A stretch of 64,000 nucleotides of DNA from Hyphomicrobium sp. (GTDB lineage: Bacteria; Pseudomonadota; Alphaproteobacteria; Rhizobiales; Hyphomicrobiaceae). The stretch is from the NCBI GenBank assembly GCA_035517115.1, contig DATIZL010000010.1:9070-73069 (forward strand), in the 5' to 3' direction. The position numbers and the translations under genes were made by a program. Under the pieces are notes generated by a model. The model searched no databases and had not been told where the DNA came from. It worked only from the letters and a program-made list of their open reading frames with translations. Positions 18,723 to 28,087 of this stretch are shown one piece after another (the first letter of the stretch is position 1; every line of letters begins with the position of its first letter).

Positions 18723-20525
18723 ATGATCGACACCTCGCTCATCCGCAACTTCTCCATCATCGCCCACATCGACCACGGAAAATCGACCCTGTCGGACCGG
18801 CTCATCCAGCTGTGCGGCAGCGTGCCGGAGCGCGAGATGAAGGAGCAGATCCTCGATTCCATGGACATCGAGCGCGAGCGCGGCATCACCATCAAGGCGC
18901 AGACCGTGCGCCTCGACTACAAGGCCAAGGACGGCCACACCTATCGCCTCAACCTGATGGACACGCCGGGGCACGTGGACTTCGCCTACGAGGTTTCGCG
19001 CTGCCTCGCTGCCTGCGAGGGCGCGATCCTGGTCGTCGATGCAAGCCAGGGGGTGGAAGCGCAGACGCTCGCCAACGTCTACCAGGCGCTCGACAACAAC
19101 CTCGAGATCCTGCCCGTGCTGAACAAGGTCGATCTCCCCGCGGCCGACGTCGACCGCGTCAAGGAGCAGATCGAGGACGTGATCGGGCTCGATGCCTCGC
19201 ACGCAATCCCCATCTCGGCCAAGACGGGCAAGAACGTGGAGGCGGTGCTGGAGGCGATCGTCGAGCGCCTCCCCGCCCCCAAGGGCGACGTGAGCCAGCC
19301 GCTGAAGGCGCTGCTGATCGACAGCTGGTATGACGCCTACCTCGGCGTCGTCGTGCTCGTGCGCATCATCGACGGCTCGCTGAAGAAGGGCCAGAAGATC
19401 CGCCTCATGTCGACCGCCGCCGACTACCAGGTGGAGCGCGTCGGCATCTTCCGCCCCAAGCAGGAGATGGTCGATGCGCTGGGCCCCGGCGAGGTCGGCT
19501 TCTTCACCGCCGCCATCAAGGAGGTTGCCGACACGCGCGTCGGCGACACGGTGACGGACGCGCGCCGCCCCACGCCCGAGCCGCTCCCCGGCTTCAAGCC
19601 GGCGCAGCCCGTGGTGTTCTGCGGCCTCTTTCCCGTGGATGCCGCCGATTTCGCCAACCTCCGCGACGCCATGGCGAAGCTGCGCTTAAACGACGCGAGC
19701 TTCTCCTTCGAGACGGAGACCTCCGCCGCGCTGGGCTTGGGCTTCCGCTGCGGCTTCCTCGGGCTCTTGCACCTCGAGATCATCACCGAGCGCTTGGAGC
19801 GCGAGTTCGGCCTCGACCTCATCACCACGGCGCCGAGCGTCGTCTATCACGTCTACCTGACGGACGGCACGAAGCTCGAGATGCACAACCCCGCCGACAT
19901 GCCCGACCCCACGCGCATCGACCGCATCGAGGAGCCGTGGATCAAGGCGACGATCCTCGTGCCCGACGAGCACCTGGGCGGCGTGTTGAAGCTGTGCCAG
20001 GACCGGCGCGGGCGGCAGAAGGACCTGACGTATGCGGGCAGCCGAGCCATGCTCGTCTACGAGCTGCCGCTCAACGAGGTGGTGTTCGACTTCTACGACC
20101 GCCTGAAGTCGATCTCCAAAGGCTATGCCTCCTTCGACTACCAGATGATTGGCTACGAGCCGGGCGATCTCGTCAAGATGCAGATCCTCGTCAACGCCGA
20201 GCCGGTCGATGCGCTGTCGATCATCGTGCACCGCAGCCGTGCCGACGCGCGCGGCCGCGTCATGTGCGAGAAGCTCAAGGAGCTGATCCCGCCGCACCTG
20301 TTCCAGATCCCGGTGCAGGCCGCGATCGGGGGGCGCATCATCGCGCGCGAGACGATCCGCGCGTTGAGGAAGGACGTGATCGCCAAGTGCTACGGCGGCG
20401 ACATCACGCGCAAGCGCAAGCTCTTAGAGAAGCAGAAGAAGGGCAAGAAGAAGATGCGCCAGTTCGGGCAGGTGGAGATCCCGCAGGAGGCCTTCATCGC
20501 CGCGCTGAAGATGGAAGAGAATTAG
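18723..20525 (+). CDS. lepA: Elongation factor 4
   Basis: [53 protein letters not shown]. Confidence 0.98.
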   Translation: MIDTSLIRNFSIIAHIDHGKSTLSDRLIQLCGSVPEREMKEQILDSMDIERERGITIKAQTVRLDYKAKDGHTYRLNLMDTPGHVDFAYEVSRCLAACEGAILVVDASQGVEAQTLANVYQALDNNLEILPVLNKVDLPAADVDRVKEQIEDVIGLDASHAIPISAKTGKNVEAVLEAIVERLPAPKGDVSQPLKALLIDSWYDAYLGVVVLVRIIDGSLKKGQKIRLMSTAADYQVERVGIFRPKQEMVDALGPGEVGFFTAAIKEVADTRVGDTVTDARRPTPEPLPGFKPAQPVVFCGLFPVDAADFANLRDAMAKLRLNDASFSFETETSAALGLGFRCGFLGLLHLEIITERLEREFGLDLITTAPSVVYHVYLTDGTKLEMHNPADMPDPTRIDRIEEPWIKATILVPDEHLGGVLKLCQDRRGRQKDLTYAGSRAMLVYELPLNEVVFDFYDRLKSISKGYASFDYQMIGYEPGDLVKMQILVNAEPVDALSIIVHRSRADARGRVMCEKLKELIPPHLFQIPVQAAIGGRIIARETIRALRKDVIAKCYGGDITRKRKLLEKQKKGKKKMRQFGQVEIPQEAFIAALKMEEN

Positions 20526-20543
20526 GCCGCGCTTCTCTCTAGG

Positions 20544-20701
20544 TGTCATCCTCGGGCTTGTCCCGGGGATCCAAGCTTCACTTCGCTCCCAATCTCTCGA
20601 GCCTGATGCGCTCTCGACGCTCGCGCCTAGAATGTCGCGGGCTGCGGCGCCGTAGGGCGATCGGCGAAAGGTGGATCCTCGGGGCGAGCCCGAGGATGCC
20701 A
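20544..20701. repeat. REP-like element, family A
   Basis: TGTCATCCTCGGGCTTGTCCCGGGGATCC...GGATCCTCGGGGCGAGCCCGAGGATGCCA, just after lepA. Confidence 0.85.
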
Positions 20702-20879
20702 AAGAGGCACGTGCTGCGCCGCATTCGCGCGACGGATCGCGCGCGCTGCCAACGTTGTCCGGCACGGGTCGCTGGGGACCAACGCCTGCTTGCCGCCGTC
20801 CAGGAGCTCCGCTCGCCGCAGCTCTTGCTGGCCGCAGATCCGGATCGCGCGGCATGAGATCAATGGGAGCATTACACCG

Positions 20880-21209
20880 ATGAGAAAGCTCATTGTCCCG
20901 CTCTTGTGCTTAAGCCTGCTCGCGCCCTCGCTGCCAGCGGCGCCCGCCAGCGCCGCCCCGTTCGCGGCGCCCGCGGCCGCCGCGCACGACGGCGTCACGC
21001 TCGCCCGGTGGTGGGGCCGCGGCCCTGGGCCGCTCGGCATCTTCGGCGCCATCGTCGCCGGCACGCTCGTCGCCGCCGCCATCAGCGAGCACCGCGCGCA
21101 CCACGAGGACATGGAGCACTGCGCCGCCGACTTCCGCTCCTTCGACTGGCGCACCGGCACCTACATCGACCGCTACGGGCGCGAGCGCGTGTGCCCCTAT
21201 CTCTACTGA
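20880..21209 (+). CDS. BA14K-like secreted protein
   Basis: Signal peptide, G-rich hydrophobic core, C-terminal C..DFRSFDWRTGTY...GR.R.C signature. Confidence 0.75.
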   Translation: MRKLIVPLLCLSLLAPSLPAAPASAAPFAAPAAAAHDGVTLARWWGRGPGPLGIFGAIVAGTLVAAAISEHRAHHEDMEHCAADFRSFDWRTGTYIDRYGRERVCPYLY

Positions 21210-21235
21210 CCGCGCGTTCGACCGCTGCTGACGAC

Positions 21236-21266
21236 AAGGCGCCGGTTTCATAGCCGGCGCCTTTCG
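21236..21266 (+). terminator. Intrinsic terminator
   Basis: AAGGCGCCGG-TTTCATAG-CCGGCGCCTT hairpin followed by T-rich bases. Confidence 0.6.
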
Positions 21267-21549
21267 CATTTCAAGAGGCCCACGGCGCATCGTCGCAGCG
21301 GGCACTTGCGCCGCATTCCTTTCACGCACGCTTGCTACACACTCCGCAACTCGGCGCGGGGTGTCGCACGATACCCGCTGCAGACGCCGGTCCGGGGGAC
21401 ATACCGACGGCGGCCGAGGACTGCACGAGTGCGCAAAGCGCGGCGGCTGGCGAGAATGCGGCCGTCGATGCCGACCGCGCCGTGATCCGAAACGGGGGAA
21501 GCGCTGCACTGCAGCCGCCCCGGCAATCGCTACAAATCCAGGAGTGACC

Positions 21550-22299
21550 ATGATCAAGCGGCTCTCAACCGCAGCGATCGGCTGTGCGTTCGCGTTCTCG
21601 TTCGGCTCGGCTCAGGCGAGCCCCTACTTCGGCTTCGACGGGCGCCATTACGGCGAGATCGAGAACGCTCCCAACTTCGGGCGTCAGAAGGTGGAGCACG
21701 GCAAGCTCGATCACGCGGATGCACCGCGCAAGTGCCTCAAGCCGGAAATCCGCGCCTTGCTGGAGAAGGTGGAGGACCTGTTCGGCCCCGTCGAGGTCAT
21801 TTCGACGTGCCGTCCCGGCGCGACCATCGCCGGAACGGGGCGCCCCTCGCGGCACGCCAGCGGAAACGCCGTCGACTTCGAGGCCGGCGGCAGGAAGGTC
21901 CAGATCCTGAGGTGGCTCGTCGCCAACAACCACACGGGCGGCACCATGACCTACTCGGACATGAGCCACATCCACATCGACTACGGCCCGCACTTCGTGT
22001 CGCTGGCAAGGCCATTGCCCGGCCTGCAGGTGGCGAGCAACAACAGCAGCAGCACCGGCACGAGCAGCGGCAGCAATAGCAGCAACAGCAGTAGCATCAG
22101 CAGCAAGAGCAGCAGCGGTGTTGCTCGCTATGCGAGCGGCTACTCGCGCTCATCCGAGGGAGACTCGCGCCGTTCCGCGGCGAGCTACTCGCGCCGCTAT
22201 GCGGAGAGCGAATTGTCCTACGCCTCGAGCCGCTCGTACGGCGGCTCTTACGGCAACGCGGACTACAGCAACGGCTACGCCACGATCTATCGTCAGTAG
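21550..22299 (+). CDS. Peptidase M15A-like (Zn D-Ala-D-Ala peptidase fold) exported protein with a Ser-rich tail
   Basis: GGAG SD, signal peptide, S.CR, SRHASGNAVDF (H-x6-D) and HIHID zinc motifs. Confidence 0.8.
   Translation: MIKRLSTAAIGCAFAFSFGSAQASPYFGFDGRHYGEIENAPNFGRQKVEHGKLDHADAPRKCLKPEIRALLEKVEDLFGPVEVISTCRPGATIAGTGRPSRHASGNAVDFEAGGRKVQILRWLVANNHTGGTMTYSDMSHIHIDYGPHFVSLARPLPGLQVASNNSSSTGTSSGSNSSNSSSISSKSSSGVARYASGYSRSSEGDSRRSAASYSRRYAESELSYASSRSYGGSYGNADYSNGYATIYRQ
22036..22116 (+). repeat. Imperfect (AGC)n poly-Ser coding tract
   Basis: AGCAACAACAGCAGCAGCACC...AGCAGCAGC encodes SNNSSSTGTSSGSNSSNSSSISSKSSS. Confidence 0.85.
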
Positions 22300-22320
22300 C
22301 AGCGCGCTGAACTGCAGCTG

Positions 22321-22347
22321 GAGGCGCCGGGCCTAGCTCGGCGCCTC
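22321..22347 (+). terminator. Probable terminator hairpin
   Basis: GAGGCGCCG-N9-CGGCGCCTC just after the M15A gene; no clear U tract. Confidence 0.45.
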
Positions 22348-22710
22348 TGGCGTATATGTGGTTGTAAGCTTGAAGCCTTGTCGCTCCAACCTCGCCACAA
22401 TCGCGCGTATTGCGGATTGTTGCTGATCCTCGATCATATGCTCTGGGGCCGCCTTACGCGCGCACAAGGCCCGAGATTCCGGGCCTTCGGCGGTCACGTT
22501 GTAACCCTCGTAAGCGCCGCGAGACGTGATCGAGCAGGACCTGCGGCGCCTTGCCTTTCGCCCTTCCCCGGTCCATATAGGGCCGATCGAACACGCCTTG
22601 GTTCACGATACGGCGGCGCGTACGCGTCGAAACTGGACGTCTCCATCGCGCGATTTGATGTCCTCCGTCATCCGTCGGAGGGGATTGCCTTATTGCTTTG
22701 GAGGCATTGG

Positions 22711-22917
22711 ATGGCAAACGGCACTGTGAAGTGGTTCAACGGCCAGAAGGGCTACGGCTTCATCCAGCCGGATGAGGGTGGCAACGACGTTTTCGTGCAC
22801 ATCTCCGCTGTCGAGCGCGCCGGTCTATCGACGCTGCGCGAGGGACAGAAGATCGGGTACGAGACCGAGACCGGCCGCAACGGCAAGGTCGCGGCGGTCA
22901 ACCTGCGCCCTCTCTAA
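22711..22917 (+). CDS. cspA: Cold-shock protein (CspA family)
   Basis: GTVKWFNGQKGYGFI (RNP1), DVFVHISAV (RNP2); GGAGG SD. Confidence 0.95.
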   Translation: MANGTVKWFNGQKGYGFIQPDEGGNDVFVHISAVERAGLSTLREGQKIGYETETGRNGKVAAVNLRPL

Positions 22918-23032
22918 GAACCGCGGAGCATTTCCGCCTTAAGGGGAGCAGCCTCGTCTGCTCCCCTACCATTATGAGGGCAACGATGTCGGCGCCGCAG
23001 AAGCGGCAGCGTGCGGTCGCACAGGAGACTTG

Positions 23033-23317
23033 ATGGCGAAGGAAGAGATGCTGGAGTTCGAGGGCGTGGTCGCGGAAGTGCTTCCCGACGCGCGCTGCCG
23101 CGTGAAGCTCGACAACGGGCACGAGGTCGTCGCCTACACGTCGGGCCGCATGAAGAAGAACCGCATCCGCATCCTCGCCGGCGATCGCGTGACCATCGAG
23201 ATGACGCCCTACGATCTCACCAAGGGCCGCATCAACTTCCGCCACAAGGACGTGCGCTCGGGACCCGGGCCGGCATCGCCGCCGCGCGCCGGCGCCGGCG
23301 GCATGCGCCGCCGCTGA
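23033..23317 (+). CDS. infA: Translation initiation factor IF-1
   Basis: [17 protein letters not shown]...[31 protein letters not shown]. Confidence 0.96.
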   Translation: MAKEEMLEFEGVVAEVLPDARCRVKLDNGHEVVAYTSGRMKKNRIRILAGDRVTIEMTPYDLTKGRINFRHKDVRSGPGPASPPRAGAGGMRRR

Positions 23318-23444
23318 GCGCGCGCGCAATCCGCGCGATCTCAATCACTTCTCAAGACGATCTCGACGCCGCGCACCGATCGCAATCTCGCTCGCGTCGC
23401 CATCGGCATCCGCGGATTGCCCGTGCGCGGTCTTGAGCCGGCGC

Positions 23445-23472
23445 TAGATACAATTTCGCTCTTTTGTATCTA
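23445..23472. promoter_or_regulatory. Perfect AT-rich 9-bp inverted repeat, candidate operator
   Basis: TAGATACAA-N10-TTGTATCTA upstream of the thermonuclease gene. Confidence 0.4.
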
Positions 23473-23584
23473 ACGGATCTGACGGCTCGGCCCACGGCGG
23501 AATGCTGCGGACTCCTTTAAAGTTGCAACCACCCGACACAGTTCAGCCTAGGTTGCGCCACGCGAATCAGTCGGATTCGCGGGC

Positions 23585-24313
23585 ATGTGTGCATATCCCC
23601 GTTGGTACTCGCGTCGTTCAGTGGCGTCCGCGCTGGTCGGCGTTCTCGCTCTCATCCCGCTCATGCTGCTCTCCGCGCGCCACTCGGCCGCTGACCGCAG
23701 CCCTCCTCCAGACTCGCTGACGGGCCCCGCCCGCGTGATCGACGGCGACACCATCGAGGTCGCCGGGCGCCACGTGCGGCTCGAAGGCATCGACGCGCCG
23801 GAGCTCGCGCAGACGTGCGGGCGCGCGCTCATCGGCACGTGGCCCTGCGGCACGGCGGCGGCCGCGGCGCTCGAGACGCTGATCGGCGGTGCGCCCGTCA
23901 CCTGCGAGAGCCGCGGCCTCGACAAGTACGGGCGCACGCTCGGCATCTGCTTCGTCGCGGGGCGCGACATCAACGCGGAGATGGTGCGCCAAGGCTACGC
24001 CTGGGCGTTCGTCAAATACTCGTCGAGCTACGTGCAGCAGGAAGCGGAGGCGCGCGCGCTCCGCGTCGGCATCTGGCAAGGCAAGGCGGAGCCGGCGTGG
24101 GAGTTTCGCGCGCACCGCTGGGCCGGCGCCGAGCAGACGGCGCCCAACGGCTGCGCCATCAAGGGCAACGTGACCGCGCACGGGCGCATCTACCACATGC
24201 CGTGGAGCCCCTGGTACGGCCGGATCAAAATGGACGAGGCCAAGGGCAAGCGCTGGTTCTGCACGGAAGCCGAGGCGTTGGCCGCCGGCTGGCGTCCCGC
24301 CGCCGTTCACTAA
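23585..24313 (+). CDS. Thermonuclease (SNase-like) family protein with a C-terminal Cys-containing module
   Basis: RVIDGDTIEV, RLEGIDAPE, DKYGRTL, INAEMVRQGYA, GIWQG; then CAIKGN...IYH.P...WFCTEAEA..AGWR. Confidence 0.88.
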   Translation: MCAYPRWYSRRSVASALVGVLALIPLMLLSARHSAADRSPPPDSLTGPARVIDGDTIEVAGRHVRLEGIDAPELAQTCGRALIGTWPCGTAAAAALETLIGGAPVTCESRGLDKYGRTLGICFVAGRDINAEMVRQGYAWAFVKYSSSYVQQEAEARALRVGIWQGKAEPAWEFRAHRWAGAEQTAPNGCAIKGNVTAHGRIYHMPWSPWYGRIKMDEAKGKRWFCTEAEALAAGWRPAAVH

Positions 24314-24417
24314 CGAAAGATGTACAGTACAAAGACAAAGCGCGGCGATCCTTCGGATTTACCGTTCCTGAAGGGCGCCCCGCTAGCCTCCTCACTCCCT
24401 GGGAGGGGGTGAGGACC

Positions 24418-25260
24418 GTGAACTTTACCATGGCGAAGACGCTGGGCCGGACGATCGTCAGGCATCCCTGGTCGAGCCTGCGCGACGCCGCGCTGCTTTC
24501 GAGCTTCATGGCCTTCGCCGTGCTCGTGGCGTGGCGCTACGATCTCTTCGCGTTCCTGACGTCGCTGGCCGATCCGCGGCGCGAGATCTCGCCGCCGGAG
24601 ACGGTGCTCCTCGTCGTCCTCTTCATCGTCTGCCTCTATACGTTCGTCGCCCGCAGGCTGGCCGAGCATCGCCTGGACCAGCTCGGCGCCTCCGAGCTTG
24701 CCGGCGAATTGCGCAAGCTGCGCGAGCTCGCCATGCAGGACCCGCTGACGCGGCTCCCCAATCGGCGCGCGCTGCTGGAGGCGCTCGAGACCGCCGTGGC
24801 CTCATGCAATTCCGGCGGCGATCGCCGCCACGCGCTCTTCATCCTCGATCTCAACGGCTTCAAGCGCGTCAACGATGTCTGCGGCCACAGCGTGGGCGAT
24901 CACGTTCTGCAGGTGGTCGCCGAGCGGTTTCGCCACGTTGCGCGCCCGACGGACCTCTTGACCCGCCTCGGCGGCGACGAGTTCGCCGTGCTCTCCTATG
25001 ACGTCGACAGGAAGGCGGCGGTCGCCATCGGCTATCGCTTCATGGATACCCTCGTCAACGGCATCTCCGCGGAAGGGCACCTGCACGATCTCGGCGTCGC
25101 CATCGGGGCCACCATTCTTCCCGACGACGGCACGACCCCGGAGGCGATCCTGCACAACGCCGACCTGGCCATGTATCGCGCGAAGGCGCAGCAGGGCTCG
25201 GCACTCGCGTTCTTCGCCGCCGCTCCGGAAGATTTGCACCGCGTCCGCGAGGCCGGCTGA
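24418..25260 (+). CDS. Membrane-anchored diguanylate cyclase (GGDEF)
   Basis: Two TM helices, DPLTRLPNRR, LDLNGFKRVND..GH..GD, RLGGDEF, NADLAMYRAK; start GTG 24418 or ATG 24430. Confidence 0.9.
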   Translation: MNFTMAKTLGRTIVRHPWSSLRDAALLSSFMAFAVLVAWRYDLFAFLTSLADPRREISPPETVLLVVLFIVCLYTFVARRLAEHRLDQLGASELAGELRKLRELAMQDPLTRLPNRRALLEALETAVASCNSGGDRRHALFILDLNGFKRVNDVCGHSVGDHVLQVVAERFRHVARPTDLLTRLGGDEFAVLSYDVDRKAAVAIGYRFMDTLVNGISAEGHLHDLGVAIGATILPDDGTTPEAILHNADLAMYRAKAQQGSALAFFAAAPEDLHRVREAG

Positions 25261-25397
25261 GCCCCCTCAGAAGCCGGTTCTCAGCGCGCAGGACCCCTGC
25301 ATGAAATCCAGGTACGGCGCCCGAGTTCGCTATGATTCGTTATCGGGCGGGATGCCGGACGGCGCGTGGCACCTAGTAGAAGCTCCTAAGGATCACC

Positions 25398-26060
25398 ATG
25401 TGCCCGTGCATGGAAGCGCCGACAAGGAAAAGAGCCGTAAGCGAATCGGACCTGCAAACCCATTGGGACAAGGCCTACCGGGCCAAGGGCGAGGGCGGTG
25501 TAAGCTGGTTTGAAGAAAGCCCGGCCATCTCCCTCGATCTCATTCATGCCACGGGGGTCACGGCCGATGCATCGATCATCGATATCGGCGGCGGGGCGTC
25601 GCGGCTGGTCGATGCACTCTTGGAGGAAGGATTTGGGGCCGTCACCGTCCTCGATCTCTCCGGCGAGGCGCTCGAAAGATCCAAGGCCAGGTTGGGTGCG
25701 CGAAGCGCGAAGGCGAAATGGGCGGTCGCGGACGTCACCACGTGGGAGCCGTCCCAAACGTACGATGTGTGGCACGATCGTGCGACTTTTCATTTCTTGA
25801 CCGATGAGAAGGATCGCGCCGCCCATAGCGAGCGTGTCTTGAGAGCCGTGCGCCCCGGCGGGCACGTCATCATCGGGACGTTCGCCTTGGACGGTCCTGA
25901 GCGTTGCAGCGGACTGCCCGTCATGCGCCACGACGCTGCCTCGCTCGGTCGAATGTTGGGTCCATCGTTCGAGCCGGTCGAGAGCCGCGATCATGTCCAT
26001 CGGACGCCGATGGGAACGATCCAACGATTCCAATTCAGCCGCTTTCGGCGTTTGAAGTAG
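25398..26060 (+). CDS. Class I SAM-dependent methyltransferase
   Basis: HWDKAY...VSWFE, IIDIGGGASRLVD, VLDLS, YDVWHDRATFHFL, GPERCSGLPV; start uncertain. Confidence 0.88.
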   Translation: MCPCMEAPTRKRAVSESDLQTHWDKAYRAKGEGGVSWFEESPAISLDLIHATGVTADASIIDIGGGASRLVDALLEEGFGAVTVLDLSGEALERSKARLGARSAKAKWAVADVTTWEPSQTYDVWHDRATFHFLTDEKDRAAHSERVLRAVRPGGHVIIGTFALDGPERCSGLPVMRHDAASLGRMLGPSFEPVESRDHVHRTPMGTIQRFQFSRFRRLK

Positions 26061-26202
26061 ACCTCACCCCCGCACGGATACGCGCGCTGCTTGGCAGCAC
26101 TTCGGGGCTTCGCCGGCTGAAACCGCCGGCGTGGAGGCGCGTATAACCCCTGAGCCGCCGCCTTGCCCATGTTGGCGGCCGACGAGAGGGAGCCGACAGA
26201 CC

Positions 26203-26680
26203 ATGGCGAGCAACGTCTTCCGCTTCGACGAGAGCTGGAGCCTTCCCGGCGCCTCGCCGCACGAGGTGTGGGACGTGCTCGCGCGCGGAGAGCTGCTGCC
26301 GCAGTGGTGGCGCGGCGTCTATCTCGAGGCGGAGAAGCTCGACCCCGGCGAGGAGCCGCGCGTCGGCGCGCGCGTTCGCGCGAAGGCACGCGGGTTTCTG
26401 CCCTACCGGCTCAATTTCATCATCGAGGCGGTGGAGCTGGTGCCGGACCGGCTCGTCGCCGTGATGACGTTTCGACGGGCGCTGGCGCGCGGAGCTGTCG
26501 CCCATGCGGGGCGGCACGCGCGCCAATCTCACCTGGGAGGTGACGGTCGAGCGGCCGATCCTGCGCCTGCTTGCGCCCCTGCTGCGACCTGCTTTCGCCT
26601 GGAACCATCGCTGGACGACGCCGCGCGGCGAGGCTGGTTTGCGGGCGTTTCTCGCCGAGCGCCGCGCGGTCGGCGCTTGA
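26203..26680 (+). pseudogene. SRPBCC/polyketide cyclase family gene with a frameshift near 26470
   Basis: N-terminal half (MASNVFRFDESW...LPYRLNF) is in one frame; the natural C-terminus (FDGRWRAELSP...LRPAFAWNHRWTT..GE.GL) continues in the +1 frame to TGA at 26680. Confidence 0.75.
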
Positions 26681-26685
26681 GCAGC

Positions 26686-26786
26686 GTCATCCCCGCGAAG
26701 GCGGGGACCCAGGACACCTCCCAATCTATGCGTCGACCGTGGGGCTTGCCGACACTTGTCTGGGTTCCCGCCTTCGCGGGAATGAC
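26686..26786. repeat. REP-like element, family B (GTCATCCCCGCGAAGGCGGGGACCCA...TGGGTTCCCGCCTTCGCGGGAATGAC)
   Basis: 26-bp imperfect terminal inverted repeats with internal hairpins; second copy at 38190. Confidence 0.88.
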
Positions 26787-26891
26787 GGAGGGCTCGTGCG
26801 CGTTGCGCCCACTTCTCGGGGGAGGAGCTGGTCTAGAACGGGCTGCCAGTTATGTCGGCAAGAGATAGGAACACACTCCAGCCTGCCCACC

Positions 26892-27013
26892 TGTCATCCT
26901 CGGGCTTGTCCCGAGGATCCAGGGTTTGGCGCGCGCCTCGCTTGCGTCGCGAACGACTCGAGCTGAAGGAACTCGCGGATCGTTGGATCCTCGGCATAAA
27001 GCCGAGGATGACA
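26892..27013. repeat. REP-like element, family A
   Basis: TGTCATCCTCGGGCTTGTCCCGAGGATCCA...TGGATCCTCGGCATAAAGCCGAGGATGACA. Confidence 0.88.
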
Positions 27014-27039
27014 TGGCGATGTGCACTTCGTCGGCGAAA

Positions 27040-27948
27040 CTAGAACGGGCTGCCCGTGATGTCGGCGGCCTGCGTGCAGATCCTCGGTATGGGCTTGCCG
27101 TTGTACCAGAGCTCGTAGCTGTTGGGCGCGTTGGTGCGCGCCCACTCGGTGCCCGAGATGTCCTTGATGGCGAGCTCGATTCCGAGCGAACCGAAGAGCC
27201 CCACGATCTGCGTCGCGCGGTCCTTGTCCTCGGCGTGGAAGAAGCGCAGCTCCTGGTTGGAGCCGGCGTAGCCCGGGAACTTGCGCACGCCCGGAAAGAT
27301 GATCTGCGCCTTGTCGGCGTCCTTGAACGCCTCGCGCACGCGCACGAGGCAATTGTAGGACTCATCGTCCGGCACGTGGATGAAGATGCGCGCCGGGCGC
27401 CGCTCCAGCGCCACCCGGTATGCTTCCGCCACCTCGGGGTTCTCCTTGGACGCGTTCTGGATCGCGACCTCGAGCATGGGCAGCAGCTCTTTGTTCTGCG
27501 CCGTCGTCGCGTAGTCGATCTGCGCGGCGAGGAACTCCACCGGCACCTTGCCGTTCTTGGCGAGGTACTCGAACATGGCGATACCGTACTTCTGCTTCTC
27601 GGGCGAAGCATCGGTGACGAGATCGATCATGCCTTTGAGGTCGTTCACGTTCTGCTGCCAGCGGGTCCAGTACCAGCCCATGCCGGCGACCGTGAGCGGC
27701 ACGAGCACGATGGACAGCATCTTGAAGAACGCGTCCCACCACTCGCTGCCGAGGTTGAGTTTCACCTGTCGCAACCCCCCTGCATGTGCGGCCGAGGCGC
27801 GCGCGCGATCGCGCAAGTCCCCGGCGAATCTCTTGGCCTTGCGGCGCATTCCCCTCTGCAAAAGCGGCATCGCCGTGACGAGGCGGTGCAGCGCTTGCCG
27901 CACCCCGCCGTCTCGATGGTTAACCGTCGCGTCCTCAGGCGTCGTCAT
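27040..27948 (-). CDS. Hypothetical single-TM membrane protein
   Basis: Long ORF with host-like codon usage from about codon 60, one TM (LSIVLVPLTVAGMGWYW), globular C-terminus; start uncertain. Confidence 0.7.
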   Translation of the reverse strand: MTTPEDATVNHRDGGVRQALHRLVTAMPLLQRGMRRKAKRFAGDLRDRARASAAHAGGLRQVKLNLGSEWWDAFFKMLSIVLVPLTVAGMGWYWTRWQQNVNDLKGMIDLVTDASPEKQKYGIAMFEYLAKNGKVPVEFLAAQIDYATTAQNKELLPMLEVAIQNASKENPEVAEAYRVALERRPARIFIHVPDDESYNCLVRVREAFKDADKAQIIFPGVRKFPGYAGSNQELRFFHAEDKDRATQIVGLFGSLGIELAIKDISGTEWARTNAPNSYELWYNGKPIPRICTQAADITGSPF

Positions 27949-28087
27949 GGCCAGGGCTAGCTAGCCGAGCTTCGCGGCAAAGGCAGGGCCGCGCGGGCCG
28001 CGGCGGCAGAAGACCCGCAAACGGTGGCGGATTCTCGCGGACGTGGCTAATGTCCCGCCGCTATTCAGCTTGCCTTGCAGTCCTCAG

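Noticed and set aside
23815-25260. Apparent 481-aa nuclease-region/GGDEF fusion
   Set aside because: The first 200 codons are an alternative frame of the nuclease gene plus intergenic DNA; GGDEF starts at about 24418-24430.
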